From positions 32,765 through 96,764 of the forward strand of contig CAZRDM010000005.1 in NCBI GenBank assembly GCA_964598845.1: a stretch of DNA of 64,000 bases. Reading direction: 5' to 3'. The notes beneath the pieces are model-generated. The model saw only the letters and a program-made list of their open reading frames with translations, was not told the origin of the DNA and made no database searches. This DNA is from an uncultured Candidatus Bathyarchaeia archaeon. Its GTDB lineage: Archaea > Thermoproteota > Bathyarchaeia > 40CM-2-53-6. Shown piece by piece: positions 20,673 through 30,471 of this stretch; position 1 is the first letter of the stretch, and each line of letters opens with the position of its first letter. The translations under genes and the position numbers were made by a program.

Positions 20673-21659
20673 ATGACAGAAATCCTCATCCTTTCAGCCT
20701 CCGATGCGAAGAAACTTGTCACTATGCGTGACATCATCGGTGTGGTTGAAGAGGCGTTTCGGGCATACGGAACAGGCAACTCTAAACTTGCACCAGTGGT
20801 CCTCTCCCTCATCGACAAGTATGATGGTGAACTCGAAATCAAGTCTGGATATGTGGAGAACTTCTCAGTTGGAACAAAGATCATCACATACTACAAAGAC
20901 AATCGATCACGCTACGGCCTTCCAACTCTCTATGGCATCATAGTTCTGAACGACTTGAGCGACGGTAGACCCCTCGCGATTATTGATGGAGCTTACATAA
21001 CGGCTACTCGGACGGGTGCAGCAGGAGCCGTCGCCGCGAAGTATCTGGCACGAAAGGATTCTGAAAGGGTGGCTGTTATTGGTGCAGGAACATAGGGACG
21101 ATTCCAAGTGGTTGCTCTGAACGAGGTTCTCGGAATCTCAACTGTAGGAATCTATGATCATCAGCCTCAAAATGCAGTCAAATATGCAAAGGAAATGTCG
21201 GATCAATTCGGGTTCAAAGTCGAGCACATGGAATCCGCAATGCAGGCAGTCCAAGACGCAGACGTCATCATCACTGCGACCCCTTCAACCAGTCCAATAG
21301 TTTTGAACGAATGGATCAAGGAAGGGGTTCACATCAACGCAATCGGCGCCGATGCCCCAGGCAAGGAAGAGCTGGACTCAGCAATAGTGGCACGAGCCAA
21401 GGTAGTTGTCGACAGTATGTCTCAATGCGCGGAGAGGGGCGAAATTCAGACGGCCGTGAGGCTTCGCCTACTAAAGAGGGACGCAGTATACGCAGAGCTT
21501 TCGGACATCGTACTCGAACGGAAGGCCGGTAGAGTCAACGCCCAAGAATTAACACTCTTCGATTCTACGGCCTTGGCGATTCAGGACATTACCACCGGGT
21601 ACGCAGTATACGAACTAGCTAAGAGGCAGGGCATCGGAATCAAAGTCAGCATAGAATAG
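20673..21659 (+). pseudogene. ornithine cyclodeaminase/mu-crystallin family (archaeal alanine dehydrogenase-like) gene interrupted by an in-frame TAG at 21093..21095
   Basis: ORFs 20640..21095 and 21108..21659 are in the same frame. The junction reads VIGAGT*GRFQVVAL, where family members have GAGxQA, so a single CAG-to-TAG change at a conserved Gln fits. Confidence 0.7.
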
Positions 21660-21690
21660 CCAGCACTTTTCATGATCCACGAGAGATATA

Positions 21691-22842
21691 GTGACGATGG
21701 TTTGGTGCAAAGGTATGAGGCTTCGTATCTTTGAGATGGAAAGATGGCAGTCGACTTGGGAGAACCGAGTAGAATACAATCTTTCTGAGAGCGGTGTGCA
21801 TCCGCTCCAGCTTGTCGAGTTGTTGGACGGCGACGTTCAATCGCTGAGCCAATTCTCTTTAGGCTACAGCCAGACGAACGGGACCAAAGAACTAAGGAAA
21901 ACCATAGCTGCCAACTATACTGGAGCAGATTCGGAAAACGTCCTAGTCACTAACGGAAGTTCAGAAGCAAACTTCGTAGCGATGTGGTTGTTCCTCGATA
22001 GAGGCGCTGAGATCGTCGTCTTGCTTCCCAACTACATGCAGATCTGGGGTCTAGGAAAGACCTTCCAAGCCAACGTGAAATCCTTCAGGTTGCGCGAGCG
22101 AGATGGTGAATGGAAACCCGACATACAGGCGCTGAGGAAAGCAGTGAGTAGGAAGACGAAACTGATCGCAGTATGCAATCCAAACAACCCAACAGGCGCC
22201 ATAATGCGCGAAGATCTAATCGACCAGATTTGTGAAATCGCTGGGAAAGTGGGGGCGTGGATACTTGCTGACGAGGTCTACCAAGGCGCGGAACTCAACG
22301 GGAATATGACTCCCACATTCTGGGGCAGATACAAGAAAGTAATAGTGAGTAACGGGCTCTCAAAGGCCTACGGGCTCCCAGGGCTTAGAATCGGTTGGAT
22401 AGTAACTACGAAAGAACTCGCCGGAAAGCTCTGGTCGTACCATGACTACACGACGATATGTCCAACTGCTCTCGGCGACTACTTGGCCACAAGAGCTCTG
22501 CAGCTGGAGATGCGAAAGAAGATTCTGACGCGGACTAGAGAGATTCTTCAAATCAATCTGCCAGTAATCAAGAGCTGGGTTGAAGCCCATGCGGAGGACT
22601 TCTCGTTCATACCGCCACAAGCCGGGGCTATCGCTTACATAAAGTACAATCTCAAAATAAACTCAAGCCACCTCGCTGAACGCCTTCTCAAGGAGAAGAG
22701 CACTCTGATAGTACCAGGCGACCAATTTGGAATGGACGGCTACATGCGCATCGGATATGGAGCTCCAAGAGGCTACTTGGTGGCAGGTCTGAATCGCATA
22801 GATGAATTGGTTCAGCAGATTAAAGATAGAACTCGACAGTGA
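21691..22842 (+). CDS. class I/II pyridoxal-phosphate-dependent aminotransferase
   Basis: NPNNPTG motif and SKAYGLPGLRIGW around the PLP lysine. Confidence 0.8.
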   Translation: MTMVWCKGMRLRIFEMERWQSTWENRVEYNLSESGVHPLQLVELLDGDVQSLSQFSLGYSQTNGTKELRKTIAANYTGADSENVLVTNGSSEANFVAMWLFLDRGAEIVVLLPNYMQIWGLGKTFQANVKSFRLRERDGEWKPDIQALRKAVSRKTKLIAVCNPNNPTGAIMREDLIDQICEIAGKVGAWILADEVYQGAELNGNMTPTFWGRYKKVIVSNGLSKAYGLPGLRIGWIVTTKELAGKLWSYHDYTTICPTALGDYLATRALQLEMRKKILTRTREILQINLPVIKSWVEAHAEDFSFIPPQAGAIAYIKYNLKINSSHLAERLLKEKSTLIVPGDQFGMDGYMRIGYGAPRGYLVAGLNRIDELVQQIKDRTRQ

Positions 22843-22941
22843 TCACAGACCCTCCTAACTAGATGGTCGCTAGCCCACCGAGCGGGCAGCTTGTTCCTCT
22901 TATACATCTAAAGAATAGTTAGTTGTCGTGCTGGGCCGGAT

Positions 22942-23859
22942 TTGCGCAAGGGGCAAAGACCTCCAAGTCGAGAAGACTTCTTCGGTCTCGTGCACTCGAC
23001 CGCCGCAACAGATCTTATTGTGATCGGTGTTCCTTGGGATGCTACGTCATCATACCGATGTGGAGCAGCCGCGGGACCTGATGCGATTAGGGCTGCAACC
23101 AGTGGGCGTCTCTATAACCGCTTCACGGAGCGAGGCATGGATCTGGCTGACATATGGAAGGTCTGTGATCACGGTAACGTCAAGAAGGCTGGTGATGTTC
23201 CTGAGCTCAAGAAGAGGTTAGCTGTCGCTGCAAGCCTGCATAACCACGCCAACGCTCCAATGCTTTTCCTAGGAGGGGACCACTTCGTCACCTACCTCTG
23301 TTTTCGACTAGTGGAGGAAATGCAAAAACAGTCGCCCTCCTTACTCTACTTTGATGCGCACCCTGATTTGTACGAAAGCTACGAGGGCAGTCCATACTCT
23401 CACGCCACAGTTGTTTCACGAATCTTGGATGGAGACAACACTTCCAAAACTGTTTGCTATGTTGGCATTAGAGCTTCAACGAGAGAGCAGGATGAAAGGA
23501 TTAAGAAATTGGGATTCACCACATACACGACGCAGGATGTTCATGCGAGAGGCTCGGGCGCAATCGCTTCTTTGATAAGATCCACGCTCTCGGACAAACC
23601 GGTCTATCTCTCAATCGACCTAGATTGCTTAGATCCAGCGTTTGCTCCGGGAGTCGGGAATCCCCAGCCAGGAGGCTTGAGTACAAGACTGATGCTCGAC
23701 ATACTGCAGGGGATTGAAGGTCTCAAGATCGTCGCCACCGATATTGTTGAGTACTCCCCCAAGTTTGATTCGCAACGAACAACAGCCTTCACTGCGGCGA
23801 TTCTCATAAAGGAACTATTGGGTATAATGGCCCAACTCCATGTGAAGAAGCAAACGTAA
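22942..23859 (+). CDS. arginase/agmatinase/formiminoglutamase (ureohydrolase) family protein
   Basis: Metal-binding motifs GGDH, DAHPD, and SIDLDCLDP. Confidence 0.8.
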   Translation: MRKGQRPPSREDFFGLVHSTAATDLIVIGVPWDATSSYRCGAAAGPDAIRAATSGRLYNRFTERGMDLADIWKVCDHGNVKKAGDVPELKKRLAVAASLHNHANAPMLFLGGDHFVTYLCFRLVEEMQKQSPSLLYFDAHPDLYESYEGSPYSHATVVSRILDGDNTSKTVCYVGIRASTREQDERIKKLGFTTYTTQDVHARGSGAIASLIRSTLSDKPVYLSIDLDCLDPAFAPGVGNPQPGGLSTRLMLDILQGIEGLKIVATDIVEYSPKFDSQRTTAFTAAILIKELLGIMAQLHVKKQT

Positions 23860-23935
23860 GTTTAACGAGATCTCAAAGTCAGTATTCGACAGCAAGCATT
23901 ATGAGCCCTCTTCTCATGACTTCCGGTGACCGCCC

Positions 23936-24835
23936 ATGTTGAGCATCGAAAGAGAACATAAATCGTTTCAAATTGGTCGCGTGAAGATTGGAGGCAAACC
24001 TGGCCAAGCGCCCACTGTCTTGGTCGGGACCATCTTCTACAATAAGCACTACATCGTGAAGAACGAGATGAAAGGAGAATTCGACCGCGATGAAGCAGAG
24101 AAACTGATCAAGGCGCAGGAGGAGTTCTCCGACAAGACAGGCAATCCGCATATGATTGATGTTGTAGGAGCCACTCCCGAAGCGCTCATTGGATTCCTGG
24201 ATTTCGTTTCGAGTGCTACAGAGTCTCCGATCCTGATGGATGGAATAACACCCGGAGTTAGGATTGCGGGACTAGATTACGTGAAGAATTCTGGGCTCAA
24301 AGACCGTGTTGTGTACAATTCCCTCGTGCTCGAGTACAAGAAAGAGGAGCTTGAGAAGATACGAGAGGTTGGGATAAAGAGCGCCATAATTCTCACGCTG
24401 AACACGAAGGAGTTCACCTCTCAGGGAAAGGTAAAGGCAGCTCGTGAACTGCTACCGGTGGCAGCGGCGGCAGGGATAGAGAAGCCTCTCATCGATACGG
24501 CTGTAATCGACATACCAAGCCTTGGGATGGCGTGTCGCGCTATACACGAGTTAAGAGAAGAATTCGGTCTCCCCGTGGGGTCGGGAGCTCACAATGCTAT
24601 CGACACTTGGAAGGGCCTCAAGAAGAAGATGGGGGTCCAAGCAAAGGACCCTGGCTTGGCGTCGGCATGCGCAATAACTGTCGCCTGCGGCGCTAACTTC
24701 GTTCTATACGGACCAATAGAACATGCGAACTATGTCTTTCCATCCATCGCCATGGTAGACGCAGCGCTCGCTCAACTTGCGATGGAGCAGAAAGCCATGC
24801 CTGACCCGAAGCACCCGATCTTCAAAATAGCCTAA
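23936..24835 (+). CDS. MtrH-like methyltransferase (pterin-binding; methylcobamide:H4MPT methyltransferase family)
   Basis: The N-terminus FxIGRVKIGGKPGQAPTVLVGTIFY matches the MtrH family; about 300 aa. Confidence 0.8.
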   Translation: MLSIEREHKSFQIGRVKIGGKPGQAPTVLVGTIFYNKHYIVKNEMKGEFDRDEAEKLIKAQEEFSDKTGNPHMIDVVGATPEALIGFLDFVSSATESPILMDGITPGVRIAGLDYVKNSGLKDRVVYNSLVLEYKKEELEKIREVGIKSAIILTLNTKEFTSQGKVKAARELLPVAAAAGIEKPLIDTAVIDIPSLGMACRAIHELREEFGLPVGSGAHNAIDTWKGLKKKMGVQAKDPGLASACAITVACGANFVLYGPIEHANYVFPSIAMVDAALAQLAMEQKAMPDPKHPIFKIA

Positions 24836-24849
24836 CCTCATCTGCTGAC

Positions 24850-26319
24850 GTGAAGATGAAATTTGAATTTCTAGACGCCAGCCAAACCGAAGCCATTCAC
24901 GAAGCGAGCCTCGACATACTAGAGAATACGGGGGCAACATTTCTCTCACAACAAGCGCAGAGAATCCTAGCGGAAGCTGGAGCACGCGCAAACGGGAAAA
25001 CAGGGAGCGTGAGGATCCCACGAAGCCTAGTCAAAGAAACCCTCCGACACTGCCCATCCGAGTTCCGGCTTTACGCTCGGAATCCAAAATACAATCTGCA
25101 GATAGGCGGAAAAAACCAGTACATGACATGTGGCGGGGAGTATCCGTACATCCTTGACCTAGAAACAGGAACGCGTCGACCTGCCCTTTCCAGCGATCTA
25201 GTGCCCATAATCAAGGTCACCGATGCCTTGGAGAACATCAGCGTCGGTGGCAGCTACATGATAGCTCCAAGCGACATGCCGGAAGAGTATCGTCATATAG
25301 AGAGAGGCGTCCTGCACTACAAGTACACGTCCAAGACGACTCATTGGGACACGGAAGGATACGTGGGCCAGAGTGGAGAGCTTGGCGCAACCCACAACCT
25401 TCAACTGGCCGCTGTCATCTCAGGAGGGATGCAACAGCTTTCCAAGAAACCCATAGGAACTGCGAGCATCTGTCCATCAAGCCCTATGATCTACGACATC
25501 GGCTTGACCGATGACATCATCGAATATGCAAGACACAGAGTTCCAATCTTGATTGAACCCATGGACAATACCGGAGCAACCTCGCCAAACACCATCGCGG
25601 GGTCGCTTGTTCAGACAAATGCTACCGTGCTCGCTGGACTAACCCTTGTTCAGCTCATCAACCCCGGCAGCCCAGTTGTCTATGGGAGCATTCCGGTCAG
25701 CCTTGACCTGCGTACAGGGATACCAGCCGCGGGTTGCCCGGAAGCAGCCTTGCGATGCGCAGGAGGGGCGGAGATGGCTAGGTACTATGGTCTCCCTTCA
25801 GCCATGTCAGGCGGGGTGACCGATTCGAAGCTTCCGGATGTGCAAGCTGGTTTCGAGAGCGCATTGACAATGCTCACGACTGTCCTCGCAGGAGCCAATT
25901 GGATTCGCGTTGTCGCAGGGGCTCTCGAGTATCACTTTACCGCATCATTCGAGATGCTTGTAATTCACGACGAGTTATTTGGAATGGCAATGCGAATAGC
26001 GCGTGGGATAGAAGTCAACGAGGATACCTTAGCAGTATCACTCATCAAGAAGATAGCGCCTCTTCGAGGGCATTACATGGGAGAGAAGCATACACTTGAC
26101 CACCTCAGCGCCGAGAGGTATCTGTCAAAACTCAGCGACAAGCGAACCCGCGGCGACTGGGAAAAAGCTGGATCAAGACATTTAGCTGACGTAGCCAAGG
26201 AGCGTGTCAAGGTGATTCTTGCAGTGCACCAACCCGAACCTTTGCCGAAAGATATCGAGAAAGAACTCGATGCAAGAAAAGCGGAAATAGAGAAACGATT
26301 ATCCAGAGAACGTCTTTGA
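24850..26319 (+). CDS. MttB-superfamily methyltransferase (non-pyrrolysine type)
   Basis: 489 aa with the N-terminal IHEASLDILENTG signature. It sits immediately downstream of the mtrH-like gene. Confidence 0.8.
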   Translation: MKMKFEFLDASQTEAIHEASLDILENTGATFLSQQAQRILAEAGARANGKTGSVRIPRSLVKETLRHCPSEFRLYARNPKYNLQIGGKNQYMTCGGEYPYILDLETGTRRPALSSDLVPIIKVTDALENISVGGSYMIAPSDMPEEYRHIERGVLHYKYTSKTTHWDTEGYVGQSGELGATHNLQLAAVISGGMQQLSKKPIGTASICPSSPMIYDIGLTDDIIEYARHRVPILIEPMDNTGATSPNTIAGSLVQTNATVLAGLTLVQLINPGSPVVYGSIPVSLDLRTGIPAAGCPEAALRCAGGAEMARYYGLPSAMSGGVTDSKLPDVQAGFESALTMLTTVLAGANWIRVVAGALEYHFTASFEMLVIHDELFGMAMRIARGIEVNEDTLAVSLIKKIAPLRGHYMGEKHTLDHLSAERYLSKLSDKRTRGDWEKAGSRHLADVAKERVKVILAVHQPEPLPKDIEKELDARKAEIEKRLSRERL

Positions 26320-26346
26320 TCTCGTGAAGGGTTCTCTATGTCTAGC

Positions 26347-26985
26347 TTAATGCCGAGAGTCTGGCTTCGCACCTCTCGAGGTCACGTTTGGCTTCAAGTT
26401 CGAGTTGAATCCGATCAGGACTGTACCCCTGTCGGGATCGCTCGTCTCCCATCCAGCTCTTCTCTTGATGTAGAGATCAGTGGTGAGCGAAACGCTAGCC
26501 GACACTACGTCGCAGATTCCCTGAATCGTTTCGATCTCAGGAAAGCTTTGAGGTCCAATTACGAATCTAACCGGTTTTCCCCTAGTGGCTTCCAGTCTGT
26601 TTCTGAATAGAACGAAATCCTTGCCTAGAAAGATCACATTGGGATCGGCTCGAAATCTGGTGACTTCGCCTTCCTCCCAAACCTCTCGGCCAATCACATC
26701 CTTCTCAGCTGTAAGAAGCAAGATCGGCATGGAAGGATGACGCAGACTAGATGAATGGTTGATGCAAACGACAGATTGACGCCCCAAGACGACCTTCACA
26801 CCCTCGTTTACAATATCAAGACCTGGAAGACCGAAACCTCCACTTGCCTTCTCCTCCATTTGGAGGATCGCAGTTCTCTCAGACGCATCCACCGGCCATA
26901 CATCTACGACACCTGGAACTAAACGAAGTTTCGAAACGACTGCGTCAAGGAAACTGAAGCCCGCGGTCCTCTTAGAAGGGTTCAC
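26347..26985 (-). CDS. hypothetical protein
   Basis: 212 aa ORF convergent with the MttB gene; no confident family assignment. Confidence 0.4.
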   Translation of the reverse strand: MNPSKRTAGFSFLDAVVSKLRLVPGVVDVWPVDASERTAILQMEEKASGGFGLPGLDIVNEGVKVVLGRQSVVCINHSSSLRHPSMPILLLTAEKDVIGREVWEEGEVTRFRADPNVIFLGKDFVLFRNRLEATRGKPVRFVIGPQSFPEIETIQGICDVVSASVSLTTDLYIKRRAGWETSDPDRGTVLIGFNSNLKPNVTSRGAKPDSRH

Positions 26986-27019
26986 TGCCTATCCCATTCA
27001 TGTTGCATGTCGTCCGCGT

Positions 27020-27748
27020 TCATGTCAGAGGCCACTTCAGTAGGTTCGCTTTTTCGACTGCGACGAGAACTGGGGTAGCGACGAGTGCACAGACGACTGC
27101 GACAAGAATTCGTACGGCAGGGTCCAAGAAGGTGTATGGAATGAACAGGGCTGGAAGCATTTCCTTCTGTAGGCCGAAGATTGGTTCGGCCTCTAATAGG
27201 AAAACCAAGTTACCTGCAGCTCCGTCCATCTCGGTACCAATGAAGGAGACCAGGCCTATAGTAGGTACTAGCGCCTTTACATTCCCGCGATTTCCGAGGG
27301 AGCGATTCGTCAGCTTGGAGATCGGATACACAAGAATCAAGGCAATGGTCTTGTCCCAATTAGCATAGAGGAAGACCCCCGATCCGAATGGGTGAACTAG
27401 GAAACCGAGGAGGATAGCTGCGACTAAAACGATCACCGGTTTCCATTTAGCTTTCAGAAGCATACCAGCGCCGAATGCGCCGATGACCCCGGGGATCCAA
27501 GTTGCTAACCCCAAGACCGCCGTGGAGGGCCAGATTACGCTTGAAACGACCCCCCCGATGAAGGCAGCGAACATTCCGCCCAATGGTCCCAGGAAGATCC
27601 CCTCGGAAGGTTTCATCAGGGCACCTGCTGACGGGCCATAGGGGATCAATGGAACAACAGAGAGAACAACATCTAGCGCTGCGAATGCACATACAAGGGT
27701 AACCAATTTAGTAGTCGGCCTCTCACTTGACAATGTGATTGCCCGCAC
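27020..27748 (-). CDS. polytopic membrane protein (possible ECF-type substrate-capture component), paralog family member 1
   Basis: Multiple TM helices. It shows clear similarity to the ORF at 37681 (EGIFLGPLGGMFAAFIGG vs EGIIGGPLYGSVAAIIGW; LVHPFGSG vs LVHPFARA). Confidence 0.55.
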   Translation of the reverse strand: MRAITLSSERPTTKLVTLVCAFAALDVVLSVVPLIPYGPSAGALMKPSEGIFLGPLGGMFAAFIGGVVSSVIWPSTAVLGLATWIPGVIGAFGAGMLLKAKWKPVIVLVAAILLGFLVHPFGSGVFLYANWDKTIALILVYPISKLTNRSLGNRGNVKALVPTIGLVSFIGTEMDGAAGNLVFLLEAEPIFGLQKEMLPALFIPYTFLDPAVRILVAVVCALVATPVLVAVEKANLLKWPLT

Positions 27749-27973
27749 GTAACTGCGTTTTCAGGCCATTATCGTTAATAGTGTTCAGCCTATTACTACC
27801 ATTACCACTACTTACTATTGCCCAGTTGCCTAGTCGGCTCTTCTACGGCTACCTTTTCTACTCTCAACATCATCATTTTGAAGAAGAACCGTTGAATGAA
27901 TGCACCAAGCGTCAGTCGTGTGCAATGCTTGCGAAGGCAGGTTCTCGATCTCGGCGTGACAAGTAGAGCCTCG

Positions 27974-28915
27974 ATGAGCGAGATGATCAGGATAGCCTCT
28001 GAAGCTAGGCGGGGCAATGTCTATGGAATCTGGATAGGCGAAGACATAGCCTTCAGTCGTGATGTCTTCGTGCAGGCCAGCGTGCTAATGAGAAACGCGC
28101 CCAATAGGAATGTCGGGATAGCGGTAACTAGCCCCGCCGTTCATAATATCACAACAATCGCCAGAGCGGCCGCATCTCTGAGACAGATTGATCGCGGCTG
28201 GTTCAGGTTAAGTCTGGGAGTGGGAGGGCTGCAAGACCTAGCGAGGCTTAGAGTGACCGTTGCTAAATCCGTCGCCATGATGAAGCAGGCTATGGACGCG
28301 CTTCGGAAGATTTGGGCCGGCGGAACTGTGACCGTCCAAGGTGAAACTTTTGAGCTCAGACGATTCCAAGCGAGGTACCGATCTGGCCTTGAGATTCCAA
28401 TATATCTCGGAGTCCGCGGCCCGAAGCTGCTTAGGCTCGCGGGACGAACCGCGGATGGAATAATCCTAAGCGGTCCCTTGCCGTACTTGCAGCAGGCGAT
28501 CGATCTGATTCGAGCAGAGGCCACTTCACGAGACTCACGAGCCCGATTCAGAATCGTTGTATGGTTGCCAACATTGGTTGTCAAAGCCAAGAAAGACAGG
28601 GACCTTGCAAGAAGTGTGGCAGCCACTGTGATTGCCGACACCCCGCCCAATGTGCTTGAGATGGCTAGAATCCCAGAAGATGACGTTGGCAGTTTACGAA
28701 GAACTGCGCACCAGCAAGGCTACACCGAGGCTTCAAAGTATGTCACTGATGAACTGCTGGAAAGTTTCACATTGGCGGGCGACACGGCACATATCTGTGA
28801 AGCTTTTCTGTCGTTAGGGAGGCTTGGTGCCGACGAGGTCATATTTGGGCCACCCTATGGGCGGGATCGACTTCATTCAATTCGCGAGGTAATCAGAGCA
28901 TGGGCGCGACTCTGA
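27974..28915 (+). CDS. LLM-class F420-dependent oxidoreductase family protein
   Basis: Luciferase-like monooxygenase fold motifs (GIWIGED..., GVGG). The internal ATG start is preferred over the ORF-track start at 27896. Confidence 0.75.
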   Translation: MSEMIRIASEARRGNVYGIWIGEDIAFSRDVFVQASVLMRNAPNRNVGIAVTSPAVHNITTIARAAASLRQIDRGWFRLSLGVGGLQDLARLRVTVAKSVAMMKQAMDALRKIWAGGTVTVQGETFELRRFQARYRSGLEIPIYLGVRGPKLLRLAGRTADGIILSGPLPYLQQAIDLIRAEATSRDSRARFRIVVWLPTLVVKAKKDRDLARSVAATVIADTPPNVLEMARIPEDDVGSLRRTAHQQGYTEASKYVTDELLESFTLAGDTAHICEAFLSLGRLGADEVIFGPPYGRDRLHSIREVIRAWARL

Positions 28916-29835
28916 AGTTCGGACTGGGCGTCAATGCAAACGAAGCGCTCCAGGGCATAGTGAAGAAAAGCATAGCCGCCGAGGCTGTCGGTTTAGACTA
29001 CATCTGGGTGGCCGATTCACCAGTCCAGCTCTATGCACCTGTCATCGCATCTGAGGTTGCATCAGCCACGCATAGAATTCGCATAGGCCTTGGCTTGATG
29101 AGTGTTCTACTACACGCTCCCCGCCAAGTTGCTGGCGCGATCACTACTCTCTTCGAAGCTTACGGGGATCGGTTCGATATCTGCATTGGGATGGGAGACC
29201 GACGACAACTTGAGCGCGTTGGCGTTAAGGGGGTGAATACCGAAAAGCTACCCCTCAATGTACTGGAAGCGAGAGACAAGATAGTTTCCCATCTACAACA
29301 GGCGAGGATCAGGACCAAGATCTGGCTCGGAGCTCAAGCACCGAAAATGCTCAGGATAGCGAGAGGCTTCGATGGAGTGCTGCTGAACTACTCGAATCCT
29401 GAAATGATAGCTTGGGCCATTACTGAAGCGGGGCTAGGCCGCAAATCAAAGACGCCGCAGGTGAAGATCGGAACATACTCCCCTTCCTATGTTTACATGA
29501 AGCCCGAATCACGCATGCTTGAACGAGTGAAAGTCTCATCTGCGGTCGTTGCGCTCGGCGCGTCAAGCAAATTGCTAAGACGATTGGGGCTCTGGGGGAG
29601 GCTCCGCAGAGCTAAGAGGAGAGCGGAGACAGCCGCGACGATGGAAAGCATTCTTCCAGAAGTGCCCGACGAGGTCGTAGAATACTTCTCGGTAACGATG
29701 AAAGCAGCGGATCTTCCATCATACTTGGCTACGTTGAAGAACCTTGGAGTGGGTCATATTGTGTTCGCTTACCCCCAGAACTATTCCCTCAAAACAGTGA
29801 GAGAGTTAGGGAAGGCTCTGCAATTCGCCTCATAG
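28900..29835 (+). CDS. LLM-class F420-dependent oxidoreductase family protein
   Basis: N-terminal KFGLGV...YIWVADSP, LLM family. It overlaps the preceding LLM gene by 16 nt. Confidence 0.75.
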   Translation: MGATLKFGLGVNANEALQGIVKKSIAAEAVGLDYIWVADSPVQLYAPVIASEVASATHRIRIGLGLMSVLLHAPRQVAGAITTLFEAYGDRFDICIGMGDRRQLERVGVKGVNTEKLPLNVLEARDKIVSHLQQARIRTKIWLGAQAPKMLRIARGFDGVLLNYSNPEMIAWAITEAGLGRKSKTPQVKIGTYSPSYVYMKPESRMLERVKVSSAVVALGASSKLLRRLGLWGRLRRAKRRAETAATMESILPEVPDEVVEYFSVTMKAADLPSYLATLKNLGVGHIVFAYPQNYSLKTVRELGKALQFAS

Positions 29836-29850
29836 CAGGCTGATTGAAGA

Positions 29851-30468
29851 TTGAGGGGAGCTCTTATTCTCGCTGGCGGGAGGAGCACACGATTTGGCCG
29901 AAACAAAGCGCTCGCGAAACTCGCCGGGAGACCACTCATTCTTCACGTCCTCGATAGAGTCATGAGCGTGGCAGATGAGGTCTTGGTAGCGATTGGGAGA
30001 GAGAATCAGACCTCTTTTTTTACCAAACTTGTTCCGAGGTCCGTACCAGTTCTCAAGGACAGGATGCGTGAGAAGAGCCCCTTGGTGGGAATAGTCACAG
30101 GGTTCCAAGCCATGAAGTCCCAGTACTCACTGGTCCTATCGTGCGACACGCCTTTCGCGAAAGAAAGCGTTCTCGAATCTCTTTTCGAAAGAGCGGCTGA
30201 ATCAGACGCGGCGATTCCGCGGTGGCCGAATGGTGACCTGGAGCCACTGCAATCGGTTTACAGAGTTCGAGGCGCTCTCCGAGCTGCAAGGCTCGCGTTA
30301 AGTCAACATGGCTTTCGAAATGTGGATATGATAAAGAGGCTCGACAAAGTCGTCTTCGTGCCCGTTCAAGAGATCGAGCAACTCGACAGCGCTCTGTTGA
30401 CATTCTTTAACGTGAATACCCCACGCGATCTACGGCGCGCCGAAGTGATTTACCCTTTCGATCGATAG
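29851..30468 (+). CDS. mobA: molybdenum cofactor guanylyltransferase
   Basis: N-terminal LILAGGRSTRFG motif, about 200 aa, TTG start. Confidence 0.7.
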   Translation: MRGALILAGGRSTRFGRNKALAKLAGRPLILHVLDRVMSVADEVLVAIGRENQTSFFTKLVPRSVPVLKDRMREKSPLVGIVTGFQAMKSQYSLVLSCDTPFAKESVLESLFERAAESDAAIPRWPNGDLEPLQSVYRVRGALRAARLALSQHGFRNVDMIKRLDKVVFVPVQEIEQLDSALLTFFNVNTPRDLRRAEVIYPFDR

Positions 30469-30471
30469 GGG

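Noticed and set aside
20640-21659. In-frame TAG in the OCD gene as evidence for pyrrolysine or amber recoding (tempting because MttB-family genes are present)
   Set aside because: TAG terminates many clearly complete genes in the window (ends at 1484, 3305, 4288 and others). Both MttB homologs lack in-frame amber codons, and no pylTSBCD is seen here. A single nonsense mutation or a sequencing error is the simpler explanation.
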